The notes under the pieces were generated by a model. That model made no database searches. It was not told the DNA's origin and worked only from the letters and a program-made list of their open reading frames with translations. The position numbers were made by a program, and so were the translations under genes. This document shows positions 36,801 to 52,400 of a DNA stretch of 64,000 nucleotides, one piece after another (the stretch's first letter is position 1; each line of letters opens with the position of its first letter). Location of the stretch: positions 110,980,001 to 111,044,000 of the forward strand of contig OZ024741.1 of assembly GCA_964016885.1 (NCBI GenBank). Reading direction: 5' to 3'. Origin of the DNA: Eledone cirrhosa. Its lineage: Eukaryota.

Positions 36801-37461
36801 AACGGTGGGACTAGAGTGGAGGTTGGGTAGTGGGCTAATAGTTGTAGGGGTGGTGGGGCTGGCCGGGTTGGATTCGTTCGGAATCTGCTGTGAAGAGGAG
36901 GAGGGGGTAGGTGGGGGTAAGTTAGCTTCTCTCGTGCGTGCCGAAGTTGGTGGAGAATGAGAGGTCGAAGGCTGACCGTTTGTCACATAGTCGTTCCACC
37001 AAGCAGGTCTCTTGGTTGTTCGACGTATGCCACCACCACCTAGAGTGGACTAGGTTAAAGTGGTGGCAACTTTAGCAATCAGCAATCGCCAGTGATGGTT
37101 CGGTCGAAACATCGGGCCACCGACGGGTTGAACGAATACCTAGGTGGGCTGTGCGCGAGGACGAAGTAAGGAGTAAGCAAGGGGAGGGATAGAAAGTGAG
37201 TGTGTGGAGAGAAGTGTGGTCATGTGAGAGGCAGGTAAATACAGTGGGAGAGAAAGAACACTGAACATGCAAAGAGAAGGAAAATAAAGACGCTAAAAAT
37301 ACAAAATCTAAGGCTGTGAGTTTGCGTAATATTTCGCATTGGTAAATCAGCAGTAAAAACCGAAATTGTGAGTTTGTGTGAAAAAAAAATAATAATAAAC
37401 CAAAAATGGGCAAGACCGGGCGAATATCCCCTCAGTCTTGGAACCATCTGGGTTAGACAGA
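33821..37461 (-). mobile_element. Near full-length CRE-like non-LTR retrotransposon (RT + RLE endonuclease) with poly(A) and TSD
   Basis: RT: GIDGLRPQHLK, LRPIAVG.TLRRL, QLGVG, KLDLKNAFNSVSR, GVQQGDPLGP, WYLDA. RLE: CRC..HGLSC...RH..N, VLEPSGL, PW..G.CLVWDVT, PVAFETFG, WLFRRISLAITRGNA. Poly(A) appears as the T-run 33819-33840. TSD agttgtaaatt at 33810-33820 and 37462-37472. Confidence 0.88.
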
Positions 37462-37462
37462 A

Positions 37463-40400
37463 GTTGTAAATTATATAATGTGTAGTGTAAATTATATATA
37501 TGTAGTGTCAGTTATATATAGTGTAGTGTAGATTATATATATGTAGTGTTAGTTATATATAGTGTAGTGTAAATTATATATATGTAGTGTCAGTTATATA
37601 TAGTGTAGTGTAAATTATATATATGTAGTGTTAGTTATATATAGTGTAGTGTAAATTATATATATGTAGTGTCAGTTATATATAGTGTAGTGTAAATTAT
37701 ATGTATGTAGTGTCAGTTATATATTGTGTAGTGTAAATTATATATATGTAGTGTCAGTTATATATAGTGTAGTGTAAATTATATATATGTAGTGTCAGTT
37801 ATATATAGTGTAGTGTAAATTATATATATGTAGTGTCAGTTATATATAGTGTAGTGTAGATTATATATATGTAGTGTCAGTTATATATAGTGTAGTGTAA
37901 ATTATATATATGTAGTGTCAGTTATATATAGTGTAGTGTAGATTATATATATGTAGTGTCAGTTATATGTAGTGTAGTGTAAATTAAATATATATAGTGT
38001 CAGTTATATATAGTGTAGTGTAGATTATATATATGTAGAGTCAGTTATATATAGTATAGTGTAGATTATATATATGTAGTGTCAGTTATATATAGTGTAG
38101 TGTAGATTATATATATGTAGTGTCAGTTATATATAGTGTAGTGTAAATTATATATATATAGTGTCAGTTACATATAGTGTAGTGTAGATTATATATATGT
38201 AGTGTCAGTTATATATAGTGTAGTGTAGATTATATATAGTGTAGTGTAAATTATATATATGTAGTGTCAGTTATATATAGTGTAGTGTAGATTATATATT
38301 TGTAGTGTCAGTTATATATAGTGTAGTGTAAATTATATATATGTAGTGTCAGTTATATATAGTGTAGTGTAGATTATATATATGTAGTGTCAGTTATATA
38401 TAGTGTAGTGTAGATTATATATATGTAGTGTCAGTTATATATAGTGTAGTGTAGATTATATATATGTAGTGTCAGTTATATATAGTGTAGTGTAGATTAT
38501 ATGTAGTGTTAGTTATATATTGTGTAGTGTAGATTATATATATGTAGTGTCAGTTATATATAGTGTAGTGTAGATTATATGTAGTGTCAGTTATATATAG
38601 TGTAGTGTAGATAATATATATGTAGTGTCAGTTATATATAGTGTAGTGTAGATTATATATATGTAGTGTCAGTTATATATAGTGTAGTGTAAATTATATA
38701 TATGTAGTGTCAGTTATATATAGTGTAGTGTAGATTATATATATGTAGTGTCAGTTATATATAGTGTAGTGTAGATTATATATATGTAGTGTCAGTTGTA
38801 TATAGTATAGTGTAGATTATATATATGTAGTGTCAGTTGTATATAGTGTAGTGTAGATTATATATATGTAGTGTCAGTTATATATATGTTGTGTCAGTTA
38901 TATATAGTGTAGTGTAGATTATATATATGTAGTGTCAGTTATATATAGTATAGTGTAGATTATATGTAGTGTCAGTTATATATAGTGTAGTGTAAATTAT
39001 ATATATGTAGTGTCAGTTATATATAGTGTAGTGTAAATTATATATAGTGTAGTGTAGATTATATATATGTAGTGTCAGTTATATATAGTGTAGTGTAGAT
39101 TATATATATGTAGTGTCAGTTATATATAGTGTAGTGTAAATTATATATATGTAGTGTCAGTTATATATAGTGTAGTGTAAATTATATATATGTAGTGTCA
39201 GTTATATATAGTGTAGTGTAAATTATATATAGTGTAGTGTAGATTATATATATGTAGTGTCAGTTATATATAGTGTAGTGTAGATTATATATATGTAGTG
39301 TCAGTTATATGTAGTGTAGTGTAAATTAAATATATATAGTGTCAGTTATATATAGTGTAGTGTAGATTATATATATGTAGAGTCAGTTATATATAGTATA
39401 GTGTAGATTATATATATGTAGTGTCAGTTATATATAGTGTAGTGTAGATTATATATATGTAGTGTCAGTTATATATAGTGTAGTGTAAATTATATATATA
39501 TAGTGTCAGTTACATATAGTGTAGTGTAGATTATATATATGTAGTGTCAGTTATATATAGTGTAGTGTAGATTATATATTGTGTAGTGTAAATTATATAT
39601 ATGTAGTGTCAGTTATATATAGTGTAGTGTAGATTATATATTTGTAGTGTCAGTTATATATAGTGTAGTGTAAATTATATATATGTAGTGTCAGTTATAT
39701 ATAGTGTAGTGTAGATTATATATATGTAGTGTCAGTTATATATAGTGTAGTGTAGATTATATATATGTAGTGTCAGTTATATATAGTGTAGTGTAGATTA
39801 TATATATGTAGTGTCAGTTATATATAGTGTAGTGTAGATTATATGTAGTGTTAGTTATATATTGTGTAGTGTAGATTATATATATGTAGTGTCAGTTATA
39901 TATAGTGTAGTGTAGATTATATGTAGTGTCAGTTATATATAGTGTAGTGTAGATAATATATATGTAGTGTCAGTTATATATAGTGTAGTGTAGATTATAT
40001 ATATGTAGTGTCAGTTATATATAGTGTAGTGTAAATTATATATATGTAGTGTCAGTTATATATAGTGTAGTGTAGATTATATATATGTAGTGTCAGTTAT
40101 ATATAGTGTAGTGTAGATTATATATATGTAGTGTCAGTTGTATATAGTATAGTGTAGATTATATATATGTAGTGTCAGTTGTATATAGTGTAGTGTAGAT
40201 TATATATATGTAGTGTCAGTTATATATATGTTGTGTCAGTTATATATAGTGTAGTGTAGATTATATATATGTAGTGTCAGTTATATATAGTATAGTGTAG
40301 ATTATATGTAGTGTCAGTTATATATAGTGTAGTGTAAATTATATATATGTAGTGTCAGTTATATATAGTGTAGTGTAAATTATATATAGTGTAGTGTAGA

Positions 40401-43400
40401 TTATATATATGTAGTGTCAGTTATATATAGTGTAGTGTAGATTATATATATGTAGTGTCAGTTATATATAGTGTAGTGTAAATTATATATATGTAGTGTC
40501 AGTTATATATAGTGTAGTGTAAATTATATATATGTAGTGTCAGTTATATATAGTGTAGTGTAAATTATATATAGTGTAGTGTAGATTATATATATGTAGT
40601 GTCAGTTATATATAGTGTAGTGTAGATTATATATATGTAGTGTCAGTTATATATAGGGTAGTGTAAATTATATATATGTAGTGTCAGTTATATATAGTGT
40701 AGTGTAAATTATATATAGTGTAGTGTAGATTATATATATGTAGTGTCAGTTATATATAGTGTAGTGTAGATTATATATATGTAGTGTCAGTTATATATAG
40801 TGTAGTGTAAATTATATATATGTAGTGTCACTTATATATAGTGTAGTGTAAATTATATATATGTAGTGTCAGTTATATATAGTGTAGTGTAGATTATATA
40901 TATGTAGTGTCAGTTATATATAGTGTAGTGTAAATTATATATTTGTAGTGTCAGTTATATATAGTGTAGTGTCAGTTATATATAGTGTAGTGTAGATTAT
41001 ATGTATGTAGTGTCAGTTATATATAGTGAAGTGTAGATTATATATATGTAGTGTCAGTTATATATAGTGTAGTGTAGATTATATATAAGTAGTGTCAGTT
41101 ATATATAGTGTAGTGTAGATTATATATATGTAGTGTCAGTTATATATATATATATAGTGTAGTGTAGATTATATATATGTAGTGTCAGTTATATATAGTG
41201 TAGTGTAGATTATATATATATGTAGTGTCAGTTATATATAGTGTAGTCTAGATTATATATATGTAGTGTCAGTTATATATAGTGTAGTGTAGATTATATA
41301 TATGTAGTGTCAGTTATATATAGGGTAGTGTAAATTAAATATATGTAGTGTCAGTTATATATTGTGTAGTGTAAATTATATATATATAGTGTCAGTTATA
41401 TATAGTGTAGTGTAGATTATATATATGTAGTGTCAGTTATAAATAGTGTAGTGTAGATTATATGTAGTGTCAGTTATATATAGTGTAGTGTAGATTATAT
41501 ATATGTAGTGTCAGTTATATATAGTGTAGTGTAAATTATATATATGTAGTGTCAGTTATATATAGGGTAGTGTAAATTATATATATGTAGTGTCAGTTAT
41601 ATATAGTGTAGTTTAAATTATATATATGTAGTGTCAGTTATATATAGTGTAGTGTAAATTATGTATATGTAGTGTCAGTTATATATAGTGTAGTGTCAGT
41701 TATATATAGTGTAGTGTCAGTTATATGTAGTGTAGTGTAAATTATATATATGTAGTGTAAATTATATATATGTAGTGTCAGTTATATATTGTGTAGTGTA
41801 AATTATATATATATAGTGTCAGTTATATATAGTGTAGTGTAGATTATATATATATGGTGTCAGTTATATATTGTGTAGTGTAAATTGTATATATGTAGTG
41901 TTAGTTATATATAGTGTAGTGTAAATTATATATATGTAGTGTCAGTTATATATTGTGTAGTGTAAATTATATATATGTAGTGTCAGTTATATATTGTGTA
42001 GTGTAAATTATATATATGTAGTGTCAGTTATATATAGTGTAGTGTAGATTATATATATGTAGTGTCAGTTATATATAGTGTAGTGTAGATTATATATATG
42101 TCATGTCAGTTATATATAGTGTAGTGTAAATTATATATATGTAGTGTCAGTTATATATAGTGTAGTGTAAATTATATATATGTAGTGTCAGTTATATATA
42201 GTGTAGTGTAGATTATATATATGTAGTGTCAGTTATATATAGTGTAGTGTAGATTATATGTAGTGTCAGTTATATATAGTGTAGTGTAGATTATATATAT
42301 GTAGTGTCAGTTATATATAGTGTAGTGTAGATTATATGTAGTGTCAGTTATATATAGTGTAGTGTAGATTATATATATGTAGTGTCAGTTATATATAGTG
42401 TAGTGTAAATTATATATATGTAGTGTCAGTTATATATAGTGTAGTGTAGATTATATATATGTAGTGTCATTTATATATAGTGTAGTGTAGATTATATATA
42501 TGTAGTGTCAGTTATATATAGTGTAGTGTAGATTATATGTAGTGTTAGTTATATATTGTGTAGTGTAGATTATATATATGTAGTGTTAGTTATATATAGT
42601 GTAGTGTAGATTATATATTTGTCGTGTCAGTTATATATAGTGTAGTGTAAATTATATATATGTAGTGTCAGTTATATATAGTGTAGTGTAGATTATATAT
42701 TTGTAGTGTCAGTTATATATAGCGTAGTGTAAATTATATATATGTAGTGTCAGTTATATATAGTGTAGTGTAGATTATATATATGTAGTGTCAGTTATAT
42801 ATAGTGTAGTGTAGATTATATATATGTAGTGTCAGTTATATATAGTGTAGTGTAGATTATATATATGTAGTGTCAGTTATATATAGTGTAGTGTAGATTA
42901 TATGTAGTGTTAGTTATATATTGTGTAGTGTAGATTATATATATGTAGTGTTAGTTACATATAGTGTAGTGTAGATTATATATTTGTAGTGTCAGTTATA
43001 TATAGTGTAGTGTAAATTATATATATGTAGTGTCAGTTATATATAGTGTAGTGTAGATTATATATTTGTAGTGTCAGTTATATATAGTGTAGTGTAAATT
43101 ATATATATGTAGTGTCAGTTATATATAGTGTAGTGTAGATAATATATATGTAGTGTCAGTTATATATAGTGTAGTGTAGATTATATATATGTAGTGTCAG
43201 TTATATATAGTGTAGTGTAAATTATATATATGTAGTGTCAGTTATATATAGTGTAGTGTAGATTATATATATGTAGTGTCAGTTATATATAGTGTAGATT
43301 ATATATATGTAGTGTCAGTTGTATATAGTGTAGTGTAGATTATATATATGTAGTGTCAGTTGTATATAGTGTAGTGTAGATTATATATATGTAGTGTCAG

Positions 43401-46400
43401 TTATATATAGTGTAGTGTAGATTATATATATGTAGTGTCAGTTATATATATATAGTGTAGTGTAAATTATATATATGTAGTGTCAGTTATATATAGTGTA
43501 GTGTAAATTATATATATGTAGTGTCAGTTATATATAGTGTAGTGTAGATTATATATATGTAGTGTCAGTTATATATAGTGTAGTGTAGATTATATATATG
43601 TAGTGTCAGTTGTATATAGTGTAGTGTAGATTATATATATGTAGTGTCAGTTGTATATAGTGTAGTGTAGATTATATATATGTAGTGTCAGTTATATATA
43701 TATAGTGTAGATTATATATATGTAGTGTCAGTTATATATAGTGTAGATTATATATATGTAGTGTCAGTTGTATATAGTGTAGTGTAGATTATATATATGT
43801 AGTGTCAGTTGTATATAGTGTAGTGTAGATTATATATATGTAGTGTCAGTTATATATAGTGTAGTGTAGATTATATATATGTAGTGTAAATTATATAGTG
43901 TAGTGTAAATTATATAGTGTAGTGTAAATTATATATAGTGTAGTGTAGATTATATATATGTAGTGTCAGTTATATATAGTGTAGTGTAGATTATATATAT
44001 GTAGTGTCAGTTATATATAGTGTAGTGTAAATTATATATATGTAGTGTCAGTTATATATAGTGTAGTGTAAATTATATATATGTAGTGTCAGTTATATAT
44101 AGTGTAGTGTAAATTATATATAGTGTAGAGTAGATTATATATATGTAGTGTCAGTTATATATAGTGTAGTGTAGATTATATATATGTAGTGTCAGTTATA
44201 TATAGGGTAGTGTAAATTATATATATGTAGTGTCAGTTATATATAGTGTAGTGTAGATTATATATATGAAGTGTCAGTTATATATAGTGTAGTGTAGATT
44301 ATATGTAGTGTCAGTTATATATAGTGTAGTGTAGATTATATATATGTAGTGTCAGTTATATATAGTGTAGTGTAGATTATATGTAGTGTCAGTTATATAT
44401 AGTGTAGTGTAGATTATATATATGTAGTGTCAGTTATATATAGTGTAGTGTAAATTATATATATGTAGTGTCAGTTATGTATAGTGTAGTGTAGATTATA
44501 TATATGTAGTGTCATTTTTATATAGTGTAGTGTAGATTATATATATGTAGTGTCAGTTATATATAGTGTAGTGTAGATTATATGTATTGTTAGTTATATA
44601 TTGTGTAGTGTAGATTATATATATGTAGTGTTAGTTATATATAGTGTAGTGTAGATTATATATTTGTAGTGTCAGTTATATATAGTGTAGTCTAAATTAT
44701 ATATATGTAGTGTCAGTTATATATAGTGTAGTGTAGATTATATATATGTAGTGTCATTTATATATAGTGTAGTGTAGATTATATATATGTAGTGTCAGTT
44801 ATATATAGTGTAGTGTAGATTATATATATGTAGTGTCAGTTATATATAGTGTAGTGTAGATTATATATATGTAGTGTCAGTTATATATAGTGTAGTGTAG
44901 ATTATATGTAGTGTTAGTTATATATTGTGTAGTGTAGATTATATATATGTAGTGTCAGTTATATATAGTGTAGTGTAGATTATATATATGTAGTGTCAGT
45001 TATATATATATAGTGTAGTGTAAATTATATATATGTAGTGTCAGTTATATATAGTGTAGTGTAAATTATATATATGTAGTGTCAGTTATATATAGTGTAG
45101 TGTAAATTATATATATGTAGTGTCAGTTATATATAGTGTAGTGTAAATTATATATAGTGTAGTGTAGATTATATATATGTAGTGTCAGTTATATATAGTG
45201 TAGTGTAGATTATATATATGTAGTGTCAGTTATATATAGTGTAGTGTAAATTATATATATGTAGTGTCAGTTATATATAGTGTAGTGTAAATTATATATA
45301 TGTAGTGTCAGTTATATATAGTGTAGTGTAAATTATATATAGTGTAGAGTAGATTATATATATGTAGTGTCAGTTATATATAGTGTAGTGTAGATTATAT
45401 ATATGTAGTGTCAGTTATATATAGGGTAGTGTAAATTATATATATGTAGTGTCACTTATATATAGTGTAGTGTAGATTATATATATGAAGTGTCAGTTAT
45501 ATATAGTGTAGTGTAGATTATATGTAGTGTCAGTTATATATAGTGTAGTGTAGATTATATATATGTAGTGTCAGTTATATATAGTGTAGTGTAGATTATA
45601 TGTAGTGTCAGTTATATATAGTGTAGTGTAGATTATATATATGTAGTGTCAGTTATATATAGTGTAGTGTAAATTATATATATGTAGTGTCAGTTATATA
45701 TAGTGTAGTGTAGATTATATATATGTAGTGTCATTTATATATAGTGTAGTGTAGATTATATATATGTAGTGTCAGTTATATATAGTGTAGTGTAGATTAT
45801 ATGTATTGTTAGTTATATATTGTGTAGTGTAGATTATATATATGTAGTGTTAGTTATATATAGTGTAGTGTAGATTATATATTTGTAGTGTCAGTTATAT
45901 ATAGTGTAGTCTAAATTATATATATGTAGTGTCAGTTATATATAGTGTAGTGTAGATTATATATATGTAGTGTCATTTATATATAGTGTAGTGTAGATTA
46001 TATATATGTAGTGTCAGTTATATATAGTGTAGTGTAGATTATATATATGTAGTGTCAGTTATATATAGTGTAGTGTAGATTATATATATGTAGTGTCAGT
46101 TATATATAGTGTAGTGTAGATTATATGTAGTGTTAGTTATATATTGTGTAGTGTAGATTATATATATGTAGTGTTTGTTATATATAGTGTAGTGTAGATT
46201 ATATATTTGTAGTGTCAGTTATATATAGTGTAGTGTAAATTATATATTTGTAGTGTCAGTTATATATAGCGTAGTGTAAATTATATATATGTAGTGTCAG
46301 TTATATATAGTGTAGTGTAGATTATATATATGTAGTGTCAGTTATATATAGTGTAGTGTAGATTATATATATGTAGTGTCAGTTATATATAGTGTAGTGT

Positions 46401-49400
46401 AGATTATATATATGTAGTGTCAGTTATATATAGTGTAGTGTAGATTATATGTAGTGTTAGTTATATATTGTGTAGTGTAGATTATATATATGTAGTGTTT
46501 GAAATATATAGTGTAGTGTAGATTATATATTTGTAGTGTCAGTTATATATAGTGTAGTGTAAATTATATATATGTAGTGTCAGTTATATATAGTGTAGTG
46601 TAGATTATATATTTGTAGTGTCAGTTATATATAGTGTAGTGTAAATTATATATATGTAGTGTCAGTTATATATAGTGTAGTGTAGATAATATATATGTAG
46701 TGTCAGTTATATATAGTGTAGTGTAGATTATATATATGTAGTGTCAGTTATATATAGTGTAGTGTAAATTATATATATGTAGTGTCAGTTATATATAGTG
46801 TAGTGTAAATTATATATAGTGTAGTGTAGATTATATATATGTAGTGTCAGTTATATATAGTGTAGTGTAGATTATATATATGTAGTGTCAGTTATATATA
46901 GGGTAGTGTAAATTATATATATGTAGTGTCAGTTATATATAGTGTAGTGTAAATTATATATAGTGTAGTGTAGATTATATATATGTAGTGTCAATTATAT
47001 ATAGTGTAGTGTAGATTATATATATGTAGTGTCAGTTATATATAGTGTAGTGTAAATTATATATATGTAGTGTCACTTATATATAGTGTAGTGTAAATTA
47101 TATATATGTAGTGTCAGTTATATATAGTGTAGTGTAGATTATATATATGTAGTGTCAGTTATATATAGTGTAGTGTAAATTATATATTTGTAGTGTCAGT
47201 TATATATAGTGTAGTGTCAGTTATATATAGTGTAGTGTAGATTATATGTATGTAGTGTCAGTTATATATAGTGAAGTGTAGATTATATATATGTAGTGTC
47301 AGTTATATATAGTGTAGTGTAGATTATATATAAGTAGTGTCAGTTATATATAGTGTAGTGTAGATTATATATATGTAGTGTCAGTTATATATATATATAT
47401 AGTGTAGTGTAGATTATATATATGTAGTGTCAGTTATATATAGTGTAGTGTAGATTATATATATATGTAGTGTCAGTTATATATAGTGTAGTCTAGATTA
47501 TATATATGTAGTGTCAGTTATATATAGTGTAGTGTAGATTATATATATGTAGTGTCAGTTATATATAGGGTAGTGTAAATTAAATATATGTAGTGTCAGT
47601 TATATATTGTGTAGTGTAAATTATATATATATAGTGTCAGTTATATATAGTGTAGTGTAGATTATATATATGTAGTGTCAGTTATAAATAGTGTAGTGTA
47701 GATTATATGTAGTGTCAGTTATATATAGTGTAGTGTAGATTATATATATGTAGTGTCAGTTATATATAGTGTAGTGTAAATTATATATATGTAGTGTCAG
47801 TTATATATAGGGTAGTGTAAATTATATATATGTAGTGTCAGTTATATATAGTGTAGTTTAAATTATATATATGTAGTGTCAGTTATATATAGTGTAGTGT
47901 AAATTATGTATATGTAGTGTCAGTTATATATAGTGTAGTGTCAGTTATATATAGTGTAGTGTCAGTTATATGTAGTGTAGTGTAAATTATATATATGTAG
48001 TGTAAATTATATATATGTAGTGTCAGTTATATATTGTGTAGTGTAAATTATATATATATAGTGTCAGTTATATATAGTGTAGTGTAGATTATATATATAT
48101 GGTGTCAGTTATATATTGTGTAGTGTAAATTGTATATATGTAGTGTTAGTTATATATAGTGTAGTGTAAATTATATATATGTAGTGTCAGTTATATATTG
48201 TGTAGTGTAAATTATATATATGTAGTGTCAGTTATATATTGTGTAGTGTAAATTATATATATGTAGTGTCAGTTATATATAGTGTAGTGTAGATTATATA
48301 TATGTAGTGTCAGTTATATATAGTGTAGTGTAGATTATATATATGTCATGTCAGTTATATATAGTGTAGTGTAAATTATATATATGTAGTGTCAGTTATA
48401 TATAGTGTAGTGTAAATTATATATATGTAGTGTCAGTTATATATAGTGTAGTGTAGATTATATATATGTAGTGTCAGTTATATATAGTGTAGTGTAGATT
48501 ATATGTAGTGTCAGTTATATATAGTGTAGTGTAGATTATATATATGTAGTGTCAGTTATATATAGTGTAGTGTAGATTATATGTAGTGTCAGTTATATAT
48601 AGTGTAGTGTAGATTATATATATGTAGTGTCAGTTATATATAGTGTAGTGTAAATTATATATATGTAGTGTCAGTTATATATAGTGTAGTGTAGATTATA
48701 TATATGTAGTGTCATTTATATATAGTGTAGTGTAGATTATATATATGTAGTGTCAGTTATATATAGTGTAGTGTAGATTATATGTAGTGTTAGTTATATA
48801 TTGTGTAGTGTAGATTATATATATGTAGTGTTAGTTATATATAGTGTAGTGTAGATTATATATTTGTCGTGTCAGTTATATATAGTGTAGTGTAAATTAT
48901 ATATATGTAGTGTCAGTTATATATAGTGTAGTGTAGATTATATATTTGTAGTGTCAGTTATATATAGCGTAGTGTAAATTATATATATGTAGTGTCAGTT
49001 ATATATAGTGTAGTGTAGATTATATATATGTAGTGTCAGTTATATATAGTGTAGTGTAGATTATATATATGTAGTGTCAGTTATATATAGTGTAGTGTAG
49101 ATTATATATATGTAGTGTCAGTTATATATAGTGTAGTGTAGATTATATGTAGTGTTAGTTATATATTGTGTAGTGTAGATTATATATATGTAGTGTTAGT
49201 TACATATAGTGTAGTGTAGATTATATATTTGTAGTGTCAGTTATATATAGTGTAGTGTAAATTATATATATGTAGTGTCAGTTATATATAGTGTAGTGTA
49301 GATTATATATTTGTAGTGTCAGTTATATATAGTGTAGTGTAAATTATATATATGTAGTGTCAGTTATATATAGTGTAGTGTAGATAATATATATGTAGTG

Positions 49401-52400
49401 TCAGTTATATATAGTGTAGTGTAGATTATATATATGTAGTGTCAGTTATATATAGTGTAGTGTAAATTATATATATGTAGTGTCAGTTATATATAGTGTA
49501 GTGTAGATTATATATATGTAGTGTCAGTTATATATAGTGTAGATTATATATATGTAGTGTCAGTTGTATATAGTGTAGTGTAGATTATATATATGTAGTG
49601 TCAGTTGTATATAGTGTAGTGTAGATTATATATATGTAGTGTCAGTTATATATAGTGTAGTGTAGATTATATATATGTAGTGTCAGTTATATATATAAAG
49701 TGTAGTGTAAATTATATATATGTAGTGTCAGTTATATATAGTGTAGTGTAAATTATATATATGTAGTGTCAGTTATATATAGTGTAGTGTAGATTATATA
49801 TATGTAGTGTCAGTTATATATAGTGTAGTGTAGATTATATATATGTAGTGTCAGTTGTATATAGTGTAGTGTAGATTATATATATGTAGTGTCAGTTGTA
49901 TATAGTGTAGTGTAGATTATATATATGTAGTGTCAGTTATATATATATAGTGTAGATTATATATATGTAGTGTCAGTTATATATAGTGTAGATTATATAT
50001 ATGTAGTGTCAGTTGTATATAGTGTAGTGTAGATTATATATATGTAGTGTCAGTTGTATATAGTGTAGTGTAGATTATATATATGTAGTGTCAGTTATAT
50101 ATAGTGTAGTGTAGATTATATATATGTAGTGTAAATTATATAGTGTAGTGTAAATTATATAGTGTAGTGTAAATTATATATAGTGTAGTGTAGATTATAT
50201 ATATGTAGTGTCAGTTATATATAGTGTAGTGTAGATTATATATATGTAGTGTCAGTTATATATAGTGTAGTGTAAATTATATATATGTAGTGTCAGTTAT
50301 ATATAGTGTAGTGTAAATTATATATATGTAGTGTCAGTTATATATAGTGTAGTGTAAATTATATATAGTGTAGAGTAGATTATATATATGTAGTGTCAGT
50401 TATATATAGTGTAGTGTAGATTATATATATGTAGTGTCAGTTATATATAGGGTAGTGTAAATTATATATATGTAGTGTCAGTTATATATAGTGTAGTGTA
50501 GATTATATATATGAAGTGTCAGTTATATATAGTGTAGTGTAGATTATATGTAGTGTCAGTTATATATAGTGTAGTGTAGATTATATATATGTAGTGTCAG
50601 TTATATATAGTGTAGTGTAGATTATATGTAGTGTCAGTTATATATAGTGTAGTGTAGATTATATATATGTAGTGTCAGTTATATATAGTGTAGTGTAAAT
50701 TATATATATGTAGTGTCAGTTATGTATAGTGTAGTGTAGATTATATATATGTAGTGTCATTTATATATAGTGTAGTGTAGATTATATATATGTAGTGTCA
50801 GTTATATATAGTGTAGTGTAGATTATATGTATTGTTAGTTATATATTGTGTAGTGTAGATTATATATATGTAGTGTTAGTTATATATAGTGTAGTGTAGA
50901 TTATATATTTGTAGTGTCAGTTATATATAGTGTAGTCTAAATTATATATATGTAGTGTCAGTTATATATAGTGTAGTGTAGATTATATATATGTAGTGTC
51001 ATTTATATATAGTGTAGTGTAGATTATATATATGTAGTGTCAGTTATATATAGTGTAGTGTAGATTATATATATGTGGTGTCAGTTATATATAGTGTAGT
51101 GTAGATTATATATATGTAGTGTCAGTTATATATAGTGTAGTGTAGATTATATGTAGTGTTAGTTATATATTGTGTAGTGTAGATTATATATATGTAGTGT
51201 CAGTTATATATAGTGTAGTGTAGATTATATATATGTAGTGTCAGTTATATATATATAGTGTAGTGTAAATTATATATATGTAGTGTCAGTTATATATAGT
51301 GTAGTGTAAATTATATATATGTAGTGTCAGTTATATATAGTGTAGTGTAAATTATATATATGTAGTGTCAGTTATATATAGTGTAGTGTAAATTATATAT
51401 AGTGTAGTGTAGATTATATATATGTAGTGTCAGTTATATATAGTGTAGTGTAGATTATATATATGTAGTGTCAGTTATATATAGTGTAGTGTAAATTATA
51501 TATATGTAGTGTCAGTTATATATAGTGTAGTGTAAATTATATATATGTAGTGTCAGTTATATATAGTGTAGTGTAAATTATATATAGTGTAGAGTAGATT
51601 ATATATATGTAGTGTCAGTTATATATAGTGTAGTGTAGATTATATATATGTAGTGTCAGTTATATATAGGGTAGTGTAAATTATATATATGTAGTGTCAG
51701 TTATATATAGTGTAGTGTAGATTATATATATGAAGTGTCAGTTATATATAGTGTAGTGTAGATTATATGTAGTGTCAGTTATATATAGTGTAGTGTAGAT
51801 TATATATATGTAGTGTCAGTTATATATAGTGTAGTGTAGATTATATGTAGTGTCAGTTATATATAGTGTAGTGTAGATTATATATATGTAGTGTCAGTTA
51901 TATATAGTGTAGTGTAAATTATATATATGTAGTGTCAGTTATATATAGTGTAGTGTAGATTATATATATGTAGTGTCATTTATATATAGTGTAGTGTAGA
52001 TTATATATATGTAGTGTCAGTTATATATAGTGTAGTGTAGATTATATGTATTGTTAGTTATATATTGTGTAGTGTAGATTATATATATGTAGTGTTAGTT
52101 ATATATAGTGTAGTGTAGATTATATATTTGTAGTGTCAGTTATATATAGTGTAGTCTAAATTATATATATGTAGTGTCAGTTATATATAGTGTAGTGTAG
52201 ATTATATATATGTAGTGTCATTTATATATAGTGTAGTGTAGATTATATATATGTAGTGTCAGTTATATATAGTGTAGTGTAGATTATATATATGTAGTGT
52301 CAGTTATATATAGTGTAGTGTAGATTATATATATGTAGTGTCAGTTATATATAGTGTAGTGTAGATTATATGTAGTGTTAGTTATATATTGTGTAGTGTA

